From: Peristeroidobacter soli
GTDB lineage: Bacteria; Pseudomonadota; Gammaproteobacteria; Steroidobacterales; Steroidobacteraceae
Length of the DNA stretch: 32,000 nt
NCBI RefSeq assembly: GCF_004138485.1
Contig: NZ_RYEV01000004.1
Span: 163,718 to 195,717 of the forward strand
Direction: 5' to 3'
Shown here in pieces: positions 19,104 through 25,395 of the stretch (its first letter is position 1; each line of letters starts with the position of its first letter). A program made the translations under genes and the position numbers. Below the pieces are notes generated by a model. It was given only the letters and a program-made list of their open reading frames with translations, had not been told where the DNA came from and did no database searches.

Positions 19104-19691
19104 TCATCGCTCGTCGTCCTGGGTCGCTTCCAACAGCAGCGACAAGGCATTGCGCAGGTGTTTCTCCACCGCTGTGGTGGAGATCCCGAGCCGCTGCGCG
19201 ATCTCCACTTGCTTCATGCCCTCGAACCGATTCATCGCGAGAATCTGCCGGGTACGCTCCGGCAACCGGCTCAACGTGCCGGTCACCCGGGTGAGCTGCT
19301 CGGTCGCGAGGAAATTGCGCTCCGGCGTGGCTTCATCGATGCCGGACCAGAGCAGATCCTTCACCTCTTCAGTCAGCTCGCTGCGCCGGCGAGCCACGGC
19401 TCGATGATTGGTGGCCAGATTGACGGCGATCCGAAACAGGAACGCGCGTGGGTCGTGCACCGGCTCGGCCGGTGGCGAATGAATGCGAAGGAAGACTTCC
19501 TGGACGATGTCCTGCGCGGTCGCACGACAGCCGATGCGGGCAGCGATGAATCGCAGCAACGCAGGCTCGTGCTCGCGGAACGAAGTGAGCAGGTCGACCG
19601 CAGCGGCCGATCCGCCGGCATCGATGTCGCCGAAGTCTGTCACTCCGCACGCTCCGCGAGCGCTGCGGCTCCCGGTGCGGTCATGGATCAA
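19104..19691 (-). CDS. ECF sigma-70 family factor (FecI-like)
   Basis: Region 2 (AQDIVQEVFLRIH...FLFRIAVNLATNH) and region 4 HTH (QILAMNRFEGMKQVEIAQRLGISTTAVEKHL). Confidence 0.9.
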   Translation of the reverse strand: MIHDRTGSRSARGACGVTDFGDIDAGGSAAAVDLLTSFREHEPALLRFIAARIGCRATAQDIVQEVFLRIHSPPAEPVHDPRAFLFRIAVNLATNHRAVARRRSELTEEVKDLLWSGIDEATPERNFLATEQLTRVTGTLSRLPERTRQILAMNRFEGMKQVEIAQRLGISTTAVEKHLRNALSLLLEATQDDER

Positions 19692-19847
19692 TCCAGGGTC
19701 GAGGGGCGCCTACGGCAAAGAACGTCCGGGCCTCGGCGGGACCGCAATTCGCACCCGCCACTCGCCACTCGCCCGCCGACGGCGTCGCACCGGTCAGCGC
19801 AAGTCCCCGTTCCCGGTCGGCAATCCGGTCCCCGGCCCCTGACAAAT

Positions 19848-19873
19848 TTCAGCAGTTTTCAGCGGACTTCAGC
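19848..19873. repeat. Three TTCAGC hexamers at exact 10-bp spacing (function unknown)
   Basis: TTCAGC occurs at 19848, 19858 and 19868, in the intergenic region between the ECF sigma gene and tRNA-Ser. Confidence 0.5.
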
Positions 19874-19902
19874 CCCTGGCACGGCCGGTCAGAGACCGGG
19901 GT

Positions 19903-19931
19903 TTGCCGACCCGCGCCGCGCCGTGTACCCT
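19903..19931 (+). promoter_or_regulatory. Candidate tRNA-Ser promoter (TTGCCG-17 nt-TACCCT, GC-rich discriminator)
   Basis: The spacing fits a sigma-70 promoter, and the -10 ends 13 nt before the mature tRNA 5' end. The match to consensus is weak. Confidence 0.3.
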
Positions 19932-19944
19932 TCGCGCCCTGACC

Positions 19945-20036
19945 GGAGAGATGGCCGAGTGGTCGAAGGCGCTGGACTGGAATTCCAGTAACATCCTCAC
20001 AGGTGTTCCAGGGTTCGAATCCCTGTCTCTCCGCCA
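19945..20036 (+). tRNA. tRNA-Ser (anticodon GGA), long variable arm, encoded CCA
   Basis: Acceptor GGAGAGA/TCTCTCC. Anticodon stem CTGGA/TCCAG with loop CTGGAAT. T-arm GTTCGAATCC. 3' end ...G-CCA at 20034-20036. Confidence 0.95.
19975..20036 (+). repeat. Left copy of the 62-bp direct repeat (attL-like; equals the 3' part of tRNA-Ser)
   Basis: Identical base for base to 25305-25366 (GACTGGAATTCCAGTAACATCCTCACAGGTGTTCCAGGGTTCGAATCCCTGTCTCTCCGCCA). Confidence 0.9.
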
Positions 20037-20156
20037 CCTATCCAAGAAAAATAAGAATTTACGAACGACTTCCCCGTTTGTACCCCAAACCAACCCTCAA
20101 AAAGTTACCGGTTGGAGGGGCTTTAATAGTTCGTTGGTGCCTATGCCCTGCTAGCT

Positions 20157-20654
20157 TTAGATTTCTCCTGGCATGAGCATCCCGCAAAACAGTAGCAACT
20201 TGCCAAGATCAATCTCGGCGCGAGTCCAGTTCTGCGGCATACCTCCTTCTTTGGAGTCGCACACGAACTGTGGGGCTGCATCTGCGGAGAACTGCCATCG
20301 GTAGCCCGTGCCGTGAATGACCTTATTCGCAATATCCCGGAGCGTCAGCGCGCGCGTTTGACCGCTGGCAACGATCAAGGTCCCGAACTCAACGTCAGTA
20401 TGCTCCTTCATATGCTTTCCAACGTTCTCTTCGTCATCTAGTGCGCGCAGGTACACGGCTAGTTCTAAGAAAGCTTGTATTGCTCGATGCTCCGCCATTT
20501 CGAATACAACGACGCCCAAGTTCGCGAACTCCCCTCTGAAATTCTTCTGGCAGTAAATCTCAAGCGGCGTCCGGCTAAACGCAAATTGGAACACCACACA
20601 CATGTTGCGTTCCATTAGCTGCTTCATTGGGAGCGGAATCTTTAGCGTACTCAT
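20157..20654 (-). CDS. Hypothetical protein, 165 aa, no family recognised; degenerate HEPN-like box LRDIANKVIHG
   Basis: Uninterrupted ORF in ~50% GC DNA. No obvious Shine-Dalgarno and no TM segments. Confidence 0.55.
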   Translation of the reverse strand: MSTLKIPLPMKQLMERNMCVVFQFAFSRTPLEIYCQKNFRGEFANLGVVVFEMAEHRAIQAFLELAVYLRALDDEENVGKHMKEHTDVEFGTLIVASGQTRALTLRDIANKVIHGTGYRWQFSADAAPQFVCDSKEGGMPQNWTRAEIDLGKLLLFCGMLMPGEI

Positions 20655-20698
20655 AATTCAACGATGCACTTCAGTCATAGAGACCGTCAAGTTGGGTA

Positions 20699-20733
20699 TA
20701 GAAAAGACCGGGCAGAAAGGACGCACTACCCGG
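20699..20733 (-). terminator. Candidate terminator after the 119-aa gene
   Basis: On the minus strand, CCGGGTAG-tgcgtccttt-CTGCCCGG (one G-U pair) is followed by TCTTTTCT. Confidence 0.4.
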
Positions 20734-20769
20734 CAACCGCAATCGCAACGCCGGCACTGAACTCTGCGA

Positions 20770-21129
20770 TTAGTCGAAGCCGCCAACGCGGGAATTCATC
20801 TTGCTGGCTTGCAACTTATCGGCGAAGTACATGCACACTTTCGCCGCCGTCGCCTTGAACTTGACCGGTACATCCTGAAGCGCGTCGCTGCGCTCCATCT
20901 TTTCCCATACCTTGGGCCCATGGGTCTTGATGGCATCAAAGCGCATGCTGCTGTGAGCCTTCTCGTTCAATCCGAGTAGGAACGACTCGGAATTGAAAAG
21001 CACAATGACAATGTTCTTGTTCGTTCGAACAAGGTCATACAGCTTCGTAACACCGTCTTCCCTCGCAGCTTGTTCGCGAATGAATGTCATGATGGCCGCG
21101 TCGCATGCCAACTGATCAGTCGCTTGCAA
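20770..21129 (-). CDS. Hypothetical small protein (119 aa from TTG at 21129, or 106 aa from ATG at 21090)
   Basis: ORF only; soluble, no recognised motifs; start uncertain. Confidence 0.45.
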   Translation of the reverse strand: MQATDQLACDAAIMTFIREQAAREDGVTKLYDLVRTNKNIVIVLFNSESFLLGLNEKAHSSMRFDAIKTHGPKVWEKMERSDALQDVPVKFKATAAKVCMYFADKLQASKMNSRVGGFD

Positions 21130-21242
21130 GTAGCACAGGTCAACGCGAAATTTGTCTGCGGACGAGATTCAGTGTGTGCGAGCTGATGACAAGCAATGGA
21201 TGCGCTCAGGACCTCCGCAGTTCCCATAGAACCGCACCACTT

Positions 21243-22232
21243 CTAACGCATCCACTGGAATTGCGCAGGGTTGAACGGAGCACTTCCCACCGCGCCCACG
21301 ATCAGCGCGAACCCGATGACTCCGATGAGCCTTCTATTCTGTAATACACGATGGCGAGCGACGGCATAGATGGTGCGATCGATCAATGGCCAAACGAACT
21401 TGTGGAGCAGAACGACACCGAAGACGATGGTGAACACAGACGCGGTTACCACCAGAAAGGCTCGACTTGCCATGAGGAGCACCAGAAATGACCCCAGCCA
21501 TGGATTCCGGTGCATAACGCCAGCAATCATTCCGGATTGCCCGACAGTAAGCAGAATACCTGGCGCGGCGAGATAGATAAGAAGTGATATGAGCGTTGGC
21601 AACAGCTTCTGCGATGCACTCACCTTGCGCGAGACCCACCGGACAAGTAATGACCACAGGAAATCGATTGGGACCGACAAGGCCAATGAGCCGACAAAAA
21701 TGTAGTTGATGAGCAAGAATTCCGGGCCATATGGATCGGGGCGACGGACATACTCTGATGCAATCGTCCAAGTAAACATGATCAGGAATATTGCAAAAGA
21801 GAGTGGCAGCAGGAATATCAAGCGTTCGATCCTTCTGCCGCCCATGAGCGCCGGCAAACTGCCGAGCGCAACAAAAATGACTGGCATGGCCCATACTGCT
21901 GGAATATTCGGTCGGCCCGTGGCAGCAATCAAGTACACGGACATCGAAGCGAGCGCGTAGCTAAAGGACACCCCAACTGCTCGAACCGAAAACAGGGTGG
22001 GACCGAAGATCGCGTCAAATGCTCGCGAGCTTAACTTGGCAGTTTCGGTAACTAGGCGCCGTATGAATGTGCTTGCATTATCGGACCGATCGTTGACGCG
22101 AATCCATAAGTTCTCGAGAGCGTTATGCAGCCGGCTCTCTTCATCCTCATAGAGAAAGAACGCGATGTACAGACAAAGGCTGCCGACTGCGATTGCAAGG
22201 ATTTGGATGGCCATTGTTGATGCTTCTGTCAT
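21243..22232 (-). CDS. Hypothetical polytopic membrane protein, 329 aa
   Basis: N-terminal TM (AIQILAIAVGSLCLYIAFFLY), a ~50-aa polar helical segment, then about seven further hydrophobic helices. No family recognised. Confidence 0.65.
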   Translation of the reverse strand: MTEASTMAIQILAIAVGSLCLYIAFFLYEDEESRLHNALENLWIRVNDRSDNASTFIRRLVTETAKLSSRAFDAIFGPTLFSVRAVGVSFSYALASMSVYLIAATGRPNIPAVWAMPVIFVALGSLPALMGGRRIERLIFLLPLSFAIFLIMFTWTIASEYVRRPDPYGPEFLLINYIFVGSLALSVPIDFLWSLLVRWVSRKVSASQKLLPTLISLLIYLAAPGILLTVGQSGMIAGVMHRNPWLGSFLVLLMASRAFLVVTASVFTIVFGVVLLHKFVWPLIDRTIYAVARHRVLQNRRLIGVIGFALIVGAVGSAPFNPAQFQWMR

Positions 22233-22379
22233 GATCGATTTCGGACGACCTCCTCACACCGTAGTCATAGTCGGCGAATGTCAACTTCTCAGCGGGCCTG
22301 GTCCTGCGACACTGCGCCCAACGTTCCATAGACCCTGCCACACGGGAACGAGCCGGCAATGTCGCATTATATGCGAGAA

Positions 22380-23035
22380 GACGTGAGCAAGGGTCGGTCC
22401 GCACGACAGGAAATATTTGATCGAGTTCACGACCTTTTATTGGAAACAGCGGGTCAAGCCGATGGTACTGCTCAAACCGACAAAGGCGAACCGGCAGAGA
22501 TCGACCAAGCCATCGACCGTCGATGGGGCTACGCGCGTTTCTTGAGGTGACCTAGACTGAGTTGCTTGATATTGCGACTAGCCAGGACTGGAAAACGAAG
22601 AAAGCCTATAACAACGGACTCACACCGCTGCGCCGTGCTTTCGCGTTCGAAAATCATCTGGACGGGAAGAACCCGGCGGAGAATCTGGAGAACTTTCGGG
22701 TCACGATAAAGATCGCCGACCGTCGAGGAGCCCTCACCGCGCAAGAGACCGCACTCATCATCGCGTCCATTCATGGCAAACGGGGGGCGAGCTCATCGGC
22801 AACTATGATGAGTTCCAGTTTTTCACCGGCCTGCGGTAGTCGGAGCAGATTACGCTATGTGCGCACAATGCAGCCGGTTGGACCGAAGAAGATATCGTGC
22901 GAACAAACAAGCAATGGCGGCGAGGTAACCGGCGGGCGCATCAGGGCGCCCTCGCATGCCCGCAGGCTCCCCAGCAAACGCAACTTGAAGCCATCCGCTC
23001 CGGTTGGGAACCAAGTAAGTCACTGACTTTAATGG
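22380..23035 (+). pseudogene. Tyrosine recombinase (phage-type integrase) remnant, frameshifted, with a premature stop and 3'-truncated
   Basis: One frame gives the core-binding-like LDIATSQDWKTKKAYNNGLTPLRRAFAFENHLDGKNPAENL...LTAQETALIIASIH. A shifted frame continues GELIGNYDEFQFFTGLR*SEQI, with TAG at 22837-22839 where TGLRPSE normally has Pro. The HxxR and catalytic Tyr regions are absent. Confidence 0.7.
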
Positions 23036-23154
23036 CGACTTGAGCCCAAGGCCACCTGAAGTCCCCGCTCCTACCACCATAGCTGCCACCAATTGCGCGT
23101 CGAGGGCGCCCTCCAGCTGACTCTCTCCGAGCGTTATTTTTGAAAAAAATATTT

Positions 23155-23175
23155 AATCGTAGCCCTACTACGATT
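23155..23175. promoter_or_regulatory. Inverted repeat 1 upstream of abiEi (AATCGTAG-N5-CTACGATT)
   Basis: Perfect 8-bp arms inside an AT-rich promoter-like tract containing two TTGAAA hexamers. Confidence 0.5.
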
Positions 23176-23212
23176 ATCTTGAAAAATTTAAACTTTGGAG
23201 GAATACTTGTAT

Positions 23213-23229
23213 TCGTAGCATGACTACGA
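23213..23229. promoter_or_regulatory. Inverted repeat 2 spanning the abiEi start codon (TCGTAG-cATGa-CTACGA)
   Basis: Same core arms as repeat 1, 58 bp downstream. The ATG at 23220 sits in the spacer. Confidence 0.5.
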
Positions 23230-23963
23230 CACGACACACTATCCTAAAGACCGTCCTGGCGCGTTTGCCCGCCGGTGCTCCCGTGACCTCGGCCGACCTG
23301 ACCGGGTACGGAGTTTCGCCGGACCTCGCCGTTCACTATGTTCGAGCCGGGTGGCTCAACCGGCTCGAGCGCGGTGTGTTTCTACGCCCTGGCGATACGT
23401 TATCGCTCGCTCCCTCTCTGCTGTTGCTAGAACGCAAGCTGACCGGATTGCATGTCGGTGGGAAATCGGCGTTGGAGTGGCACGGCATACGCCACTACGT
23501 CTCGCAGCAGACGACGCTGCATCTTTACGGCTGGGTGGCGGGTCGCCTTCCCGCGTGGTTCACAGACCAATTCCCCTCGGACTACCACCGCAAACGCCTT
23601 TTTAAAGAAAAGCCAGAGACCCCGCTGCATGTGGCTCGCTTCGAAGGGCTGCAAGCGGGCGGCAACCCACTGGTGTCGTCGCCTGAGCGCGCCCTACTCG
23701 AACTGCTTAGCGAGGTCGGCGTCCGCCAGCCACTGTCGGAAGCTCGTGAGCTCACCGAAGGCACTCACACACTGCGTGCTAGCGCCTTATCGAATCTGCT
23801 CAAACACTGCACGAGCGTTAAAACGGTCCGCCTCTGCCTCACGCTTGGACGGGAACTCTCCTCACCCTGGGTTAGCAAACTCGATCCCAAGCAACTTCCC
23901 ACGGGCAGTGACAAACCGTGGGTGTCGCGATCCTCCGAAGGCACACTGGTATTGAAGCCGTGA
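23220..23963 (+). CDS. abiEi: Type IV toxin-antitoxin system AbiEi-family antitoxin / transcriptional regulator
   Basis: N-terminal winged-helix-like region (VTSADLTGYGVSPDLAVHYVRAGWLNRLERGVF) and the SSPERALLELL motif typical of AbiEi. It is paired with an AbiEii gene. Confidence 0.88.
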   Translation: MTTTRHTILKTVLARLPAGAPVTSADLTGYGVSPDLAVHYVRAGWLNRLERGVFLRPGDTLSLAPSLLLLERKLTGLHVGGKSALEWHGIRHYVSQQTTLHLYGWVAGRLPAWFTDQFPSDYHRKRLFKEKPETPLHVARFEGLQAGGNPLVSSPERALLELLSEVGVRQPLSEARELTEGTHTLRASALSNLLKHCTSVKTVRLCLTLGRELSSPWVSKLDPKQLPTGSDKPWVSRSSEGTLVLKP

Positions 23964-24877
23964 ATCAGGTGTATCTCGACACCGCTCGCTTGCTCACGCA
24001 AGTCGCACCTCTCGTGCTGAACACAGATGACTTTGCCCTCAAAGGCGGCACTGCAATCAACTTGTTCCTCCGAGACATGCCACGGCTGTCGGTCGACCTC
24101 GATCTCGCATTCATCGATCACACCCTCTCGCGCGAGGACGCACTCAAGCGCATCAGCGATACACTCCATGGAAGCCGAAAACAGCTGCAGCGATTGGGCT
24201 TCAACGTCAGAACCGTTGCGGTTGCAAGCGCTCCGGACACCAAAATGTTCGTCCGTCGACAGAACATCGAGATCAAAGTTGAAGTCAATTTCGTCACTCG
24301 CGGCCTGGTCGGCCGCGTGGTCTCACGATCACTCACGCAGCGAGCACAGGACGCTCTCCAGGCGGAAACCGAAGTCCCCATCGCCTCGAGCGAGGACGTC
24401 TATGCGGGCAAGCTGGTCGCAGCGCTCGACCGACAGCATCCACGCGACCTGTTTGATGTAATGCAGCTATTTGAGCACGAAGGCATTACACCAGCGATCC
24501 GCCGTGCGTTCGTCCTCTATCTCGCCAGCCACGATCGCCCGCTTCACGAAGTGCTCGCCCCAAAGCGTCGAGACCTCACGCTGGACTATGAAGGCGCCTT
24601 TAAGGGCATGACGGCTGACGTCGTTCCCCTGGATCAACTCGAGGGGGCACGCGAACGTCTCGTCGCTGATCTCCAACGGGACCTCGATGCGACCGAGCGC
24701 CAGTTCCTCCTATCGTTTGTGAACCTGACACCTGAATGGGCGCTGCTGAATATTCCGCACGCTGCAACCCTGCCCGCGCTTCGCTGGAAGATCTCGAACT
24801 TGGAACGCCTGCGGGAGAAGAATCCAGCAAAGTTCGCCCAGCAGGCGGATTCATTGGCCGCAGTCCTCAATATGTAG
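23960..24877 (+). CDS. abiEii: Nucleotidyltransferase AbiEii/AbiGii-family toxin
   Basis: FALKGGTAINLFLRDMPRLSVDLDLAF is the AbiEii nucleotidyltransferase motif. The GTG at 23960 overlaps the abiEi TGA (GTGA), suggesting translational coupling. The track's ATG at 23918 would overlap abiEi by 46 nt. Confidence 0.88.
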   Translation: MNQVYLDTARLLTQVAPLVLNTDDFALKGGTAINLFLRDMPRLSVDLDLAFIDHTLSREDALKRISDTLHGSRKQLQRLGFNVRTVAVASAPDTKMFVRRQNIEIKVEVNFVTRGLVGRVVSRSLTQRAQDALQAETEVPIASSEDVYAGKLVAALDRQHPRDLFDVMQLFEHEGITPAIRRAFVLYLASHDRPLHEVLAPKRRDLTLDYEGAFKGMTADVVPLDQLEGARERLVADLQRDLDATERQFLLSFVNLTPEWALLNIPHAATLPALRWKISNLERLREKNPAKFAQQADSLAAVLNM

Positions 24878-25304
24878 CTCGCGAGTTTCTCTCATTTTCT
24901 CGTCAGGCCGACGGCGACGAGACCATCGTGGCGCAGAGACGCGCGTGTTCATGTGCGCTGTGGGTATGCTAAAAAGCAATGGCCAATTTTCTTCGGTCGC
25001 AATCGCTGCCTTTTTCCAGACGCCGTCCTCGCCGGCTGAAAATCCATAGGAGTTTCGCAGTGCGCTTACCCGGGCCTGAGCCAGCCCGCTCGTATACAAT
25101 CAAGCCGCTTAAGATGCTGGAACGGAGCGACGAGGCCTCGAACTTTCGGTACGCGCGCCGTCGAGCTTGGCGGTGAAGCCGGTACCCATTCTGTACCCAA
25201 CAGAGGAAAAGCGAGCGTGATCTGGGGTAACGAAGAGCCTTCGAGTTTGGCTGTAACACCTTACGCTGGCTCATGTTAGCTGTTAGTCGCTGCTGTGAAG
25301 ATGA

Positions 25305-25366
25305 GACTGGAATTCCAGTAACATCCTCACAGGTGTTCCAGGGTTCGAATCCCTGTCTCTCCGCCA
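25305..25366 (+). repeat. Right copy of the 62-bp direct repeat (attR-like partial tRNA-Ser)
   Basis: Exact copy of 19975-20036. It lacks the tRNA 5' half, so it is not a functional tRNA. Confidence 0.9.
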
Positions 25367-25395
25367 GATCCCCCCCTCGTGCCGGCGCACGCCTC

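Larger units (their letters stand above)
20037..25366. mobile_element. Degenerate tRNA-Ser-integrated genomic island (~5.3 kb), integrase inactivated
   Basis: Bounded by the exact 62-bp repeat. GC drops (hand count 30/60 at 20161-20220 versus 45/60 at 19741-19800). Carries integrase remnants and an AbiE toxin-antitoxin pair. Confidence 0.8.

Noticed and set aside
19692-19944. Fur box upstream of the FecI-like sigma gene
   Set aside because: No convincing match to the 19-bp GATAATGATAATCATTATC consensus was found in this GC-rich region. The only structured elements are the TTCAGC repeats and one hairpin.
20083-20120. Imperfect hairpin CCCC-aaa-CCAACC...GGTTGG-a-GGGG after tRNA-Ser
   Set aside because: It has a long loop and bulges and only a weak T tract. 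It could be a tRNA or island-end terminator, but the support is too thin to annotate.
22323-22346. Possible degenerate third att copy (GTTCCA-taga-CCCTGcCaCaC versus GTTCCA-gggttcgaat-CCCTGtCtCtC) just upstream of the integrase remnant
   Set aside because: Only short blocks match, and a 6-nt gap is needed. It would also be odd for an internal att to be far more decayed than the perfect outer repeat. This is most likely chance.
24878-25304. Small ORFs (24969-25274 minus, 24979-25176 plus) between abiEii and attR
   Set aside because: They are mutually overlapping, Arg-rich and lack a Shine-Dalgarno or any motifs. This is probably non-coding or decayed island DNA.
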